A stretch of DNA of 64,000 bases from an uncultured Eubacteriales bacterium (lineage in GTDB: Bacteria > Bacillota > Desulfotomaculia > Desulfotomaculales > Pelotomaculaceae). The notes beneath the pieces were generated by a model. The model was given only the letters and a program-made list of their open reading frames with translations. It was not told the origin of the DNA and ran no database searches. Below, in pieces: positions 1-9,292 of this stretch. The position numbers and the translations under genes are program-made. Positions within the stretch are counted from its first letter, which is position 1, and every line of letters starts with the position of its first letter. The stretch covers positions 5,180-69,179 of the forward strand of contig CAYNIY010000003.1 of NCBI GenBank assembly GCA_964397525.1. The letters run 5' to 3'.

Positions 1-1
1 A

Positions 2-517
2 GTCGTGGTTTATCCACGTCCATACATTCAAAGCCGCCTGGCTCTCAGAATAGATGAGGTAGTGGTGGTGAAAGGCAAGACTAGGGAGAATGGTGAGGAA
101 ACAAAGATCATCGGCGATGATATATCAACTCTTGACAGCCACCTGGAGGGAGAACTGCACTTAAAGATCAAGAATGCGGACTCACTATTGCTGGACCAGG
201 TACAGATCATGATCAGCAGTTTCAGAGGCAATTCCCCGGTTTTTTTACATTTTGTGAAAGAGAAAAAAGTAATTAAAGCGGGAGAGGAATACTATGTTGA
301 TCTGTCAGGCCCGGTTGTTGGGAAGCTGGAAGACCTGCTTGGTAAGTCAATGGTTAGAGTGAAAAGGAAAAATAATGAGATGAAAGCTGGCCCGGGCAAG
401 GAAAAAAGCGAGAAAGAAGCGGATTTGGAAGCTGCAGTCATTGCCGCTGACAAGAAAGTTAATCTGTCCAAGCCGGCTAAGAAGGTCAAGGATTTCTTTA
501 GCATACTTGAGCTGTAG
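2..517 (+). CDS. dnaE: DNA polymerase III alpha subunit, C-terminal end (gene begins upstream of window)
   Basis: Open frame from window start; OB-fold-like VVVVKGKT...KIIGDDI and C-terminal FRGNSPVFLHF typical of DnaE; classic position upstream of mtrB-accDA-pyk. Confidence 0.85.
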   Translation, partial: VVVYPRPYIQSRLALRIDEVVVVKGKTRENGEETKIIGDDISTLDSHLEGELHLKIKNADSLLLDQVQIMISSFRGNSPVFLHFVKEKKVIKAGEEYYVDLSGPVVGKLEDLLGKSMVRVKRKNNEMKAGPGKEKSEKEADLEAAVIAADKKVNLSKPAKKVKDFFSILEL

Positions 518-622
518 GAGACCAATATTTAATCAGGTTGAGCGGCTTAATACATGCCCGTACTTGTCAGAAAATAGGCTATATGTTAATATAAATCAGC
601 AAAAAATGGAAAAACTTAAGAG

Positions 623-865
623 GTGAATATATTGCCGGTTACAATTGGGGAGATCGCCGGAGAGTATGTTGTAATAAAGGCACTTGAAAACGGGGTCACC
701 ATTATCGGCCTTACCAGGGGCAAGGATACTAGGTTCCACCATTCAGAAAAATTGGATAAGGGAGAGATTATGATCGCTCAGTTCACCGAACACACTTCCG
801 CTATTAAAATTCGTGGGCGGGTAGAGCTGTTAACCAAGCATGGAGGGATTAAGACAGACGACTAA
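623..865 (+). CDS. mtrB: trp RNA-binding attenuation protein (TRAP)
   Basis: [34 protein letters not shown]...[14 protein letters not shown] is the TRAP signature. Confidence 0.97.
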   Translation: MNILPVTIGEIAGEYVVIKALENGVTIIGLTRGKDTRFHHSEKLDKGEIMIAQFTEHTSAIKIRGRVELLTKHGGIKTDD

Positions 866-1074
866 ACACCCGGGCTTTATGAAAGTCCAATTTTTAGCGT
901 TCTGTCTTGGATGTATTTTTTCTAATTAATGGTCCATGAATTTATCAGTTAAACTACTGTATCCAGGGTTATGACTCTGGGTATATTTATGCTCTGCAAA
1001 AAAGAGGATAACCGGCGAGATGAGTAGAAAATAAAGAGCATGCCTCAAACCCTATGAATAAGGAGGCCTTCAAT

Positions 1075-1266
1075 GTGTGGACAGTGGTTTACATAGCTCC
1101 AAACAGGAAGGAAGCTGACAGGCTGGAAAGACTGTTGGCTACCGAAGGCTTTTTAGTGAAATTGAGGATAATCGGATTTCCCCAGGCTGATAATACCTGC
1201 TCAATAGAGATTTTGCTGCCGGAGTCAGAAGTTGACGAGGCTATGGAAGTAATTAATACTGCTTAA
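1075..1266 (+). CDS. small conserved hypothetical protein (DUF2007-like, putative signal-transducing)
   Basis: AAGGAGG 8 nt before GTG at 1075; WTVVYIAPN...LLATEGFLVKLR...IEILLPESE pattern. Confidence 0.65.
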   Translation: MWTVVYIAPNRKEADRLERLLATEGFLVKLRIIGFPQADNTCSIEILLPESEVDEAMEVINTA

Positions 1267-1298
1267 GATAAAGCTGTAAAGCAATATATAGTTAAGGA

Positions 1299-2159
1299 GT
1301 GCTTTTTTTGGTTTTAGAAGTTTTTCGTAAACAAAAAAATGTCGCTGCCCCATCAGGATCAGAAAATCGCGATATCCCGGAGGGTATTTGGAGTAAGTGC
1401 GGGCGCTGCGGTGAGATTCTGTTGAACAAGGATTTGATCAAAAACCACAAAGTGTGCCAAAAATGTGGTTTCCATTTCAGATTGACAGCCCTGGAGCGGA
1501 TAAAAATGACCCTGGATGAGGGGAGCTTCCGGGAAATGGATGCCGATTTGCTTCCGGTAAATCCTTTCGAGCTCTCTGACTACGCTAACAAGCTGATTGA
1601 AGCTCGAAATAAAAGCGGCTTGAATGAAGCGGTGGTTACCGGAGCGGGGACCATTAATAATATTCCATTGGTTATCGTTGTTATGGACACCAATTTTATG
1701 ATGGCCAGTATGGGCACCGTAGTCGGAGAGAAAATTACTAGGGCGATTGAGGCTGCCACTGCCGAAAGAAAGCCGCTGGTTATTTTTGCGGCTTCCGGAG
1801 GTGCCCGGATGCAGGAAGGGATACTATCTTTAATGCAGCTGGCCAAGACTGTGGAAGCACTGGCCAGGTTAAGCGAAGCAGGCCAGTTATATATCACGGT
1901 CATGACCGATCCTACAACTGGCGGTGTCAGCGCCAGCTTTGCCGCTTTGGGTGATATTATTCTGGCCGAACCGGAAGCCATGATTGGCTTTACCGGTCCA
2001 AGGGTGATAGAGCAGACCATCAGGCAGAAATTGCCGGAAGGATTCCAGCGAGCCGAGTTTTTTAAACAGCACGGCTTTATTGACCAGATTATTCCCAGGC
2101 ATCAGCTGAAAGAAACACTTGCCACACTTCTGGAATTTCATCTGCTGGGGGTGAAATAA
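1299..2159 (+). CDS. accD: acetyl-CoA carboxylase carboxyltransferase beta subunit
   Basis: Zn finger CGRC...CQKC, ASGGARMQEG, DPTTGGVSASFA, GFTGPRVIEQT. Confidence 0.97.
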   Translation: MLFLVLEVFRKQKNVAAPSGSENRDIPEGIWSKCGRCGEILLNKDLIKNHKVCQKCGFHFRLTALERIKMTLDEGSFREMDADLLPVNPFELSDYANKLIEARNKSGLNEAVVTGAGTINNIPLVIVVMDTNFMMASMGTVVGEKITRAIEAATAERKPLVIFAASGGARMQEGILSLMQLAKTVEALARLSEAGQLYITVMTDPTTGGVSASFAALGDIILAEPEAMIGFTGPRVIEQTIRQKLPEGFQRAEFFKQHGFIDQIIPRHQLKETLATLLEFHLLGVK

Positions 2160-2162
2160 ATA

Positions 2163-3113
2163 ATGGCGGCAACATTGGAGTTTGAGAAGCCGATCCAGGA
2201 GTTGGAAAACAAAATAAATGAATTAAGAAATTTTTCCAGGGACAAGGGTATAGATTTGACGAATGAAATTACCACCTTGGAAAAAAGGGCCATGGAGGTC
2301 AGAGAGTCCATCTACGGGAATCTCAATTCATGGCAGCATGTGCTGATCTCAAGGCATCCGGAACGTCCTAATACCTATGATTATATCAATTACATTTTCA
2401 GAGATTTCATTGAACTGCACGGAGACAGGTGTTTTGGTGATGATCCGGCAGTGGTGGGAGGTATTGGACGGTTTAACGGCCGCGCAGTTACTGTGATTGG
2501 CCACCTCAAAGGTAAAGACACCAAGGAAAACCTGGCTAGGAATTTCGGGATGGCCCACCCTGAGGGTTTCCGCAAGGGTATGCGTTTGATGAAACAGGCT
2601 GAAAAATTTAAGCGGCCGGTGATCTGTTTCATTGACACTCCAGGCGCTAATCCCGGAATAGGCGCCGAGGAGAGAGGGCAGTTTGAGGCCATCGCCAGAA
2701 GCATCTTAACAATGGCTGCCCTCAAGACTCCTATTATAACAGTAGTGATCGGTGAGGGTGCCAGCGGCGGAGCCCTGGCTTTCGGGGTGGGAGACCGGAT
2801 TTTGATGCAGGAGCATACGATTTATTCTGTCATATCACCTGAAGGGTATGCCAGTATTTTATGGAAGGACTCATCCCGTGCCCGCGAGGCTGCCGAGGCT
2901 ATTAGGATCACAGCCAGCGATATACTGGACCTGGGCGTGGCAGATAAAATAATACCTGAACCACTGGGCGGCGCGCACCGTGATCCTAAAGGTGCTGCAG
3001 ATCTGCTTGCTGAAGCTATAGCTGGTTCATTGGACGAACTTCTGGAACTGTCGCTGGAGAAACTGATGTCTTACAGGTACGAAAAATTCCGTTCCATCGG
3101 AAATTTAAAATGA
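2163..3113 (+). CDS. accA: acetyl-CoA carboxylase carboxyltransferase alpha subunit
   Basis: LEFEKPI, RHPERP, FIDTPGA, GEGASGGAL, VISPEG. Confidence 0.97.
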   Translation: MAATLEFEKPIQELENKINELRNFSRDKGIDLTNEITTLEKRAMEVRESIYGNLNSWQHVLISRHPERPNTYDYINYIFRDFIELHGDRCFGDDPAVVGGIGRFNGRAVTVIGHLKGKDTKENLARNFGMAHPEGFRKGMRLMKQAEKFKRPVICFIDTPGANPGIGAEERGQFEAIARSILTMAALKTPIITVVIGEGASGGALAFGVGDRILMQEHTIYSVISPEGYASILWKDSSRAREAAEAIRITASDILDLGVADKIIPEPLGGAHRDPKGAADLLAEAIAGSLDELLELSLEKLMSYRYEKFRSIGNLK

Positions 3114-3212
3114 CATCTGCGGGGTCGGGACCAATCATGCAATGGCCTGACCCCCTTCTTATTACATTTGAGGCATGTCAGATGTTATTACATACAGCGG
3201 GGAGGGAGAGAA

Positions 3213-4967
3213 TTGCGTCGAACCAAGATTGTCTGCACCATTGGTCCTGCCAGCGATAGTATCTCAATGATCAAGAAACTATTGCGGGCAGGGATGAATG
3301 TAGCCCGCCTTAATTTTTCCCATGGAACGCAGGATGAGCATAAGCGGCGTATCAAAGCTATCCGGCAGGCTGCCGCGGAAACCGGCTTAAATGTGGCAAT
3401 CATGCTGGATACCAAGGGGCCGGAAATACGTTTGGGCTATTTTATAGAAGAACCTGTTTACCTCAAGGAAGGCGATCAAGTAACGTTAACCACAGAACCT
3501 GTCAGGGGAGATAAGAAACTTATACCCATCACATATTCCGGTCTGCCGGGGGATGTCCGGAAAGGCGACACAATACTCGTGGCAGATGGCTTAATAGCCA
3601 TGAAAGTGGTGTCTGCTACAGATACTGAAATACTCTGTACCGTGATGAACAGCGGGGAACTGACCAGTCAGAAAGGGGTAAATGTACCTGGTGTGGAGGT
3701 GAGCCTTCCTGCTATAACTGAGAAAGATATTAAAGATATTGTTTTCGGAGTTGCACAGAAGCTTGATTACATTGCGGCCTCATTTGTCAGAAAAGCTGCG
3801 GATGTGCTTTCCATCCGGCAGATTATTGAAGAGGCCGGGGGTGATCTGGACATTATTTCTAAGATAGAAAGCAGAAGAGCAGTAAACAACCTTGACGATA
3901 TAATCAAAGTTTCTGACGGGATCATGGTAGCCAGAGGCGATCTGGGGGTGGAGATCCCGGTAGAAGAGGTACCGCTGCTGCAAAAAACGATAATTGAGAA
4001 ATGCAACCTGGCTGGTAAGCCAGTAGTTACCGCAACCCAGATGCTGGAATCGATGATCCATAATCCGCGGCCCACCAGGGCGGAAGCCAGTGACGTAGCC
4101 AACGCGATCTTTGACGGTTCAGACGCAGTGATGCTCTCCGGTGAAACTGCCATCGGAATATATCCGCTGGCATCAGTTGAGATGATGGATCGCATAGCCA
4201 GGCGGGCAGAAGCTGCACTCCACTATGAGGAAATGCTCAGCAAGAAAGGAACAGATACGCTCAGGCAGACGGTTACCAACGCTATCAGCTATGCCACCTG
4301 TGCCATTGCTCAGAATCTTGGCGCTGCGGCAATTATTGTCTCCACTGAGTCCGGCCATACCGCCAAAATGGTTTCTAAATACCGGCCAAAAGCGCCTATC
4401 GTGGCTGTCACCCCACATGCGGGGGTGATGAGGAAGTTGGCGTTGAACTGGGGGGTCAAGCCTATCACTGCGCAAGGCAAGGAGAGCACCGACGAGATGA
4501 TGGACGAGGCTATTGACGCATCTCTGAGCGCGGGATTAATAAACGGCGGCGATCTGATTGTTTTTACAGCAGGAATCCCTGTGGGCATAAAAGGGACAAC
4601 CAACCTGATCCGCGTTCACACGGTGGCTGACATCATATTAAGCGGAACCGGGATTGGCAACAGATCAGTAACAGGCACTGTAAGGGTAGCGCACAGCGGT
4701 GCGGAAGCATCAGAAAAGGTTAGGCAGGGAGATATTTTGGTGGCTGCGGTCACAGGCAGCGAATATAATCCGGCAATGAAGAAGGCCGGGGCAGTTATCA
4801 CCGAAATGGGTGGTCTTACCTCACACGCGGCCATCGTCTGCATGGAGTTTGATATTCCGGTTGTTGTGGGCGCTGATGATGCAACGGATATTCTGGCAGA
4901 CGGCGATATCGTTACGGTAGATGGACCGAGGGGTTTAATTTACAGGGGCAGGGCCAGGGTGCTGTAA
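3213..4967 (+). CDS. pyk: pyruvate kinase with C-terminal PEP-utiliser swivel domain
   Basis: RRTKIVCTIGPAS, ARLNFSHG, MVARGDLGVE, ATQMLESM; C-terminal GGLTSHAAIV; TTG start at 3213 after GGAGGGAG. Confidence 0.97.
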   Translation: MRRTKIVCTIGPASDSISMIKKLLRAGMNVARLNFSHGTQDEHKRRIKAIRQAAAETGLNVAIMLDTKGPEIRLGYFIEEPVYLKEGDQVTLTTEPVRGDKKLIPITYSGLPGDVRKGDTILVADGLIAMKVVSATDTEILCTVMNSGELTSQKGVNVPGVEVSLPAITEKDIKDIVFGVAQKLDYIAASFVRKAADVLSIRQIIEEAGGDLDIISKIESRRAVNNLDDIIKVSDGIMVARGDLGVEIPVEEVPLLQKTIIEKCNLAGKPVVTATQMLESMIHNPRPTRAEASDVANAIFDGSDAVMLSGETAIGIYPLASVEMMDRIARRAEAALHYEEMLSKKGTDTLRQTVTNAISYATCAIAQNLGAAAIIVSTESGHTAKMVSKYRPKAPIVAVTPHAGVMRKLALNWGVKPITAQGKESTDEMMDEAIDASLSAGLINGGDLIVFTAGIPVGIKGTTNLIRVHTVADIILSGTGIGNRSVTGTVRVAHSGAEASEKVRQGDILVAAVTGSEYNPAMKKAGAVITEMGGLTSHAAIVCMEFDIPVVVGADDATDILADGDIVTVDGPRGLIYRGRARVL

Positions 4968-4989
4968 GAAATGGGCGTTAAAGAGGGGG

Positions 4990-6069
4990 GTGTTTGCCCT
5001 GATAAAATCAATAATAGGAGATATAACCGATCTATATATTGACGCTATAGTAAACTTAGCAAACAACGAGCTGCGGATGAGAGATGGAGTCGCCGGGGCG
5101 ATCAAGAAGAAAGGCGGCGTTTTAATTGAAGATGAGGCGTTAGCCATGGCTCCGATACCCGTCGGCGAAGCAGTGGTTACAGGTGCCGGCCAGCTGCCGG
5201 CTCGTTATGTAATTCATGCTGTTGCCATGGGCCAGGACCTTGTTCCCGATGTTGACAAGGTCAGATCTGCTGTCAGGAACGCTCTGTTCAGAGCGGAAGA
5301 TCTTAATCTTAAAAGCATTGCTTTCCCTGCCCTTGGGACTGGTTTGGGCGGACTTGATCCGGACCAGGTGGCCAGAGTGATGGTTTATGAAGCGCGCCGA
5401 CATATTGCCAGAGGTTCGGGACTGGAGCAAGTTGTGTTTGCCCTCAGTGATGAAAGATGCTTTGACGCATTCAGCAATATGACCGGTAGAGATACAATAG
5501 TCTGTCTGGGCGACAGTATAACTTACGGTTTTCCTTTTGGCCCGGATGCTTCCTGGGTCAACCTGGGAGCGAAAGCACTCGGCATCAAATTGATCAATAA
5601 AGGTGCTAATGGGGACACTACCCGCAGTATGAGGATGCGTTTCAGCAGGGACGTGACAAGCCTTAAACCCGCTTATGTGATAATTATGGGCGGAGCCAAT
5701 GACGCCTTTATGGGCTATACCCTTGAAAAATACCAGGATAATATAACGGAAATGGTAACGGCAGCTGTAAACAATGGCATATGTCCTGTGATCGGGCTTC
5801 CGGCGCCTATCAGTATAGGTGAGTTTGTAACTGATGAAGTGGGTGTTGCCAGCTGTGAGCTGGAGTGTTTCAGAAACTGGGCGGAAGAATTCGCAGCTGA
5901 TGAAGAGTTACCCGTTCTAGATTTTTATGCACCACTTCTTGCCCCTATCACCGGCAGTGCGGTTCCGGCATATTTTTGTGACGAAGCCCATCCCAGCTTG
6001 GAAGGATACAAAGCCCTGGGCAGGTCATCCGAGAGGCTGCTTTCATATTTAAAAAATGGTTTGCAATAA
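4990..6069 (+). CDS. macro domain fused to SGNH/GDSL hydrolase
   Basis: N-half GDITDLYIDAIVNLAN...GVAGAI...VIHAV...FPALGTGLGG (macro); C-half GDSIT, GANGDT, GGAND, DEAHP (SGNH blocks I, II, III, V). Confidence 0.85.
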   Translation: MFALIKSIIGDITDLYIDAIVNLANNELRMRDGVAGAIKKKGGVLIEDEALAMAPIPVGEAVVTGAGQLPARYVIHAVAMGQDLVPDVDKVRSAVRNALFRAEDLNLKSIAFPALGTGLGGLDPDQVARVMVYEARRHIARGSGLEQVVFALSDERCFDAFSNMTGRDTIVCLGDSITYGFPFGPDASWVNLGAKALGIKLINKGANGDTTRSMRMRFSRDVTSLKPAYVIIMGGANDAFMGYTLEKYQDNITEMVTAAVNNGICPVIGLPAPISIGEFVTDEVGVASCELECFRNWAEEFAADEELPVLDFYAPLLAPITGSAVPAYFCDEAHPSLEGYKALGRSSERLLSYLKNGLQ

Positions 6070-6127
6070 TTGCACATCTTTTTGTTGGCCAAATGGCGCA
6101 GTTTTGAGTTAATGGGAGCTTAACAAT

Positions 6128-6634
6128 ATGAATAATGAAATTGCTATCCCTGAGTTCATTGGAGATACCGAGCAAGCAGTTATTATGGTTGTACCAGCGC
6201 TTGATCAGGACTTGTCTGTATTATACAGGCGGTTTCATGAAGGCGAAGATATAAACTATTGGTTTAAATGGGAATTAGTTTCTACCAGACATAATGAATA
6301 CGTGGTGACACTGGAGATAGGCTGGGACGGGGATGATGTGGTTTCAATAGGTTTTACTCTTGATATGTGGGAGTACCTGCCGCTGATTACGAAAAGGAGC
6401 AACGTAGTTTTAATGACTGACTGGTGTCTGATTGAAGAAGGAATACATGCCGGTTTGGATAGCATGGGCAGGTTTAGGCCAAAGGCGCTTTTGGTACGTG
6501 ATGTCGGGTATGGGATAGAAGGGCTGTCAAGCAAAGTAGCCGAGCAGATGATGTTCCGGGAAAGCAATGACGAGCTGCTACAGTTATTAGAGATTCTGCA
6601 AAGAGGTTTCAAAACAAATATAAATGTACACTAA
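6128..6634 (+). CDS. hypothetical protein
   Basis: 168-aa ORF, GGAG RBS; no family recognised. Confidence 0.7.
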   Translation: MNNEIAIPEFIGDTEQAVIMVVPALDQDLSVLYRRFHEGEDINYWFKWELVSTRHNEYVVTLEIGWDGDDVVSIGFTLDMWEYLPLITKRSNVVLMTDWCLIEEGIHAGLDSMGRFRPKALLVRDVGYGIEGLSSKVAEQMMFRESNDELLQLLEILQRGFKTNINVH

Positions 6635-6710
6635 ATTTTAAATAATAATTATTTTTTTGAATTTCAACATGTTATAATAAAAATTGCTTTAAATTAATAC
6701 TGCATATAAC

Positions 6711-6947
6711 ATGGACAGGTGGGAAGCAAAGTTGAATCTGTTTGATAAAGTGAAGTCAAAAATGTCCTGGGGCGCTGTAAAAAAAGACGCGAAATGCACG
6801 TGCGGCGCAACGCTCATGACAATGCCCAGTGGGAAAAAAGATGTATACTTTTGCAACAGTTGTCACAAACTGCTATATTTCCTTGAATCCGATTTGGAGG
6901 TGCCAAATCTCATCCCATTTAACTTGGGATTTTCTAAGAAAGAATAG
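6711..6947 (+). CDS. small zinc-ribbon-like hypothetical protein
   Basis: CTCG...CNSC cysteine pairs; start uncertain. Confidence 0.55.
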   Translation: MDRWEAKLNLFDKVKSKMSWGAVKKDAKCTCGATLMTMPSGKKDVYFCNSCHKLLYFLESDLEVPNLIPFNLGFSKKE

Positions 6948-6996
6948 GAATGATTTTATCATACATTGCTTCTTACTGGAATAATTATATTATTGT

Positions 6997-7308
6997 GTGG
7001 TGATGGACTTGAAGGGTGTAAACAATACTGAAGTGGCAAAATGGCGCTGGTATGCACTGGCTGTGACGGTACTAGGAATTATCGTATATGCAATGCCTTG
7101 GCTTCCGGTTAAAACCAAGTTTCTATTAGCAATTCCTCTATATGCCTTATTCGTATATGTTTATTACAGGTATATTTGTTTAAAAAAAGGAGCCCAGGCG
7201 GCATTATCAGCAAAGGATGAAGATTCCCTTGACCAGAAGACTTTAACGGAGCAGAACTTAAACAAAAAGTCAAAAGGCAAGGTTAAGTCAGCAGCTAAAA
7301 AGGGTTAG
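6997..7308 (+). CDS. small membrane protein (2 TM, basic tail)
   Basis: Two hydrophobic stretches followed by a Lys-rich C-terminus. Confidence 0.65.
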   Translation: MVMDLKGVNNTEVAKWRWYALAVTVLGIIVYAMPWLPVKTKFLLAIPLYALFVYVYYRYICLKKGAQAALSAKDEDSLDQKTLTEQNLNKKSKGKVKSAAKKG

Positions 7309-7443
7309 TTATTCACAGGGGTAGTAATCCTAAATACAAAGAATTTTGGCAGGATATAATAATCCTGCCATTTTGTTTAAACAAAAATGTTTTAATAAAA
7401 CATTGTCAAAGGCATAATATTTGTGATAAATTATACCAAGTAT

Positions 7444-7466
7444 AATAATATACTTATTATATTATT
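7444..7466. promoter_or_regulatory. probable TetR operator (autoregulation)
   Basis: Perfect 9-bp inverted repeat AATAATATA-cttat-TATATTATT between a TTGTCA promoter-like element and the TetR RBS. Confidence 0.5.
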
Positions 7467-7487
7467 CTCATTCAAGAAGGTGAAATT

Positions 7488-8117
7488 ATGGATCAGACAG
7501 CATTAAAAAGGACTGACAGGAAGAAAGAAGCGACCAGGAAGAAAATAATTTCAACCGCCATAGACCTGTTCAATAGTCAGGGATATGACCAGACAACAGT
7601 AGAGCAGATAGCGGAAGAGGCGGATGTTGCAAGAGGTACCATATTCAATCATTTCCCAGTCAAGGAAGCTATGATACTCGGCTATGTGCAAAGAGGCCTT
7701 AATGATGTCTCCCCTAGAATTGTTAAGGAAGTAGAAAGGCTGCCAGACACCCGGGCCCAATTAGAAGCTTTGTTCCGCCTGGTAAATGAATGGCTCGAAA
7801 AAAACCTGAACGAGGATGTCATAAAAAGATATATGTCATATATGAACCAAACAATGCTTGACACTGCAAGAAACCAGGAGCTGCAAAGCGGATACAGGGA
7901 AATCTTGAAAAGGATCATTGGCACCGGTCAAGTGCAGGGAGAGATCAGGCGTGATATCCCAACGCGCGCCCTGGCAATCTACCTGGACTGGCAAAACGAC
8001 CTGGTTATGACGGAATGGCTATCTCACCCGGGAATGTCTCTGGCAGATATGATTGAAAGGATGACAGACCTCTTCCTCAACGGTGCCGTAGACAGGACAA
8101 GCAGGGCTGTTGGTTAA
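7488..8117 (+). CDS. TetR/AcrR family transcriptional regulator
   Basis: RKKIISTAIDLFNSQGYDQTTVEQIAEEADVARGTIFNHFPVKE HTH. Confidence 0.95.
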   Translation: MDQTALKRTDRKKEATRKKIISTAIDLFNSQGYDQTTVEQIAEEADVARGTIFNHFPVKEAMILGYVQRGLNDVSPRIVKEVERLPDTRAQLEALFRLVNEWLEKNLNEDVIKRYMSYMNQTMLDTARNQELQSGYREILKRIIGTGQVQGEIRRDIPTRALAIYLDWQNDLVMTEWLSHPGMSLADMIERMTDLFLNGAVDRTSRAVG

Positions 8118-8173
8118 TTTGGTGCGGTTGCAGATATATTAAAAGAAAAACCCCGAAGGGTCTGTTAATTCAA

Positions 8174-8260
8174 TGGTGCCGAAGGGGGGAGTCGAACCCC
8201 CACGTCCTTGCGAACGGCGGATTTTGAGTCCGCTGCGTCTGCCAGTTCCGCCACTTCGGC
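8174..8260 (-). tRNA. tRNA-Leu (anticodon CAA)
   Basis: Minus strand GCCGAAGTGGCGGAACTGGCAGACGC...GCGGA-CTCAAAA-TCCGC...GGTTCGACTCCC...TTCGGCACCA; long variable arm, encoded CCA. Confidence 0.97.
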
Positions 8261-8542
8261 AGTTGCTTGATAGCAAACATATTCTAACAGATAGGAAATA
8301 ATGAGTCAATATAAAGCCAGACAGGTTTTGGCTGCTGTTTAATTATGATTCTGCATCTTGAATAAATTGATATTCATATAATTTACTGTTATAAACCACA
8401 TGGTTAATAAAAATATTTAATAACTAAAACTTGTTTTAATCATAAATATATCTTGTATATATATAGCAAAATAGCTAAAATAGGTTTAACTTTACAGTCA
8501 ACCTGATTCATTCAACATGCGTTTTTGAGAGGAGGAGTATAC

Positions 8543-8764
8543 ATGGAGGGAAAAGTCGAGTCTGTGCTGATGAGGGTCAGACCTTTGCTTCAAAGAGACG
8601 GAGGAGACGTCGAGCTGGTGGAGGTTACTGCCGACGGTGTGGTTAAAGTCCGCCTGAAAGGAGCCTGCAGCGGGTGCCCTGGTGCCAAGATAACTTTAAA
8701 GCAGGGTATTGAGAGAATGCTCAAACAGGAGATTCCGGAAATCAAAGAAGTAATTTCTGTCTAG
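8543..8764 (+). CDS. NifU/NfuA-domain Fe-S scaffold protein, Cys form (CSGC)
   Basis: [17 protein letters not shown]...[11 protein letters not shown]; AGGAGG RBS before ATG 8543. Confidence 0.93.
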   Translation: MEGKVESVLMRVRPLLQRDGGDVELVEVTADGVVKVRLKGACSGCPGAKITLKQGIERMLKQEIPEIKEVISV

Positions 8765-9018
8765 TTAAGAATATGCTGATAATTTATAGACCCTTCATTT
8801 CTCACAGGCAAGAGAGGCGGAGGGATTTTTTTACGCTGTCTTTTAGGTTTAATTAACACTATACAATAAAATAATTTTATATTTTTACATTTAAATATAA
8901 GATAATATTGTAATACCCATCTATAACAGGTAAAATAGTTTTAAACTGCGGTGTTACAAAGACATATTCTGTTGGATATATGCAGTGTATATTATAAGTT
9001 GAAGGGAGGTTAATACCA

Positions 9019-9240
9019 GTGAAAGAGAAAGTATTGGAAGCGCTGAATAAAGTCCGGCCTTTTCTTCAAAGAGATGGTGGAGACGTTGAACTTATTGATG
9101 TCACCGAAAACGGGGTGGTAAAAGTTCGTCTGAAAGGTGCCTGCAGTGGGTGACCTGGTGCCAAAATAACCCTCAAGCAGGGTATTGAGCGGTTGCTCAA
9201 GCAGGAAATACCGGAAATTAAAGAAGTGATTTCTGTATAA
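9019..9240 (+). CDS. NifU-domain protein, predicted selenoprotein (CSGU, TGA at 9151-9153); absent from the ORF track
   Basis: GGGAGG RBS + GTG; 73 codons, 59/73 identical to the upstream paralog; TGA aligns exactly to the second Cys of CxxC; frame conserved to TAA 9240. Confidence 0.88.
9165..9186 (+). promoter_or_regulatory. candidate bacterial SECIS hairpin
   Basis: AATA-A-CCCT-CAAGC-AGGG-TATT starting 12 nt after the TGA; the stem is weakened in the Cys paralog. Confidence 0.5.
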
Positions 9241-9246
9241 CTAATG

Positions 9247-9270
9247 AACCCCCTGAAAACAGGGGGTTTT
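9247..9270. terminator. intrinsic terminator between convergent genes
   Basis: AACCCCCTG-AAAA-CAGGGGGTT followed by T run. Confidence 0.75.
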
Positions 9271-9292
9271 AGTTATTTGGATTATTATTACT

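Noticed and set aside
1015-1050. TRAP-binding (G/U)AG repeat array after mtrB
   Set aside because: Only about three closely spaced triplets; functional sites need many more with regular spacing
1054-1266. Calling this ORF glutamate decarboxylase, a label often attached to similar short proteins
   Set aside because: About 63-70 aa with no PLP-binding motif; cannot be a decarboxylase
8117-8260. tRNA-Leu as an integration site for an island
   Set aside because: No integrase or transposase, and no duplicated tRNA 3' end seen in the window
9019-9240. Second NifU copy as a nonsense pseudogene
   Set aside because: The TGA falls exactly on the CxxC Cys, the downstream frame is nearly invariant, and the RBS and a SECIS-like hairpin are present; Sec is the better explanation
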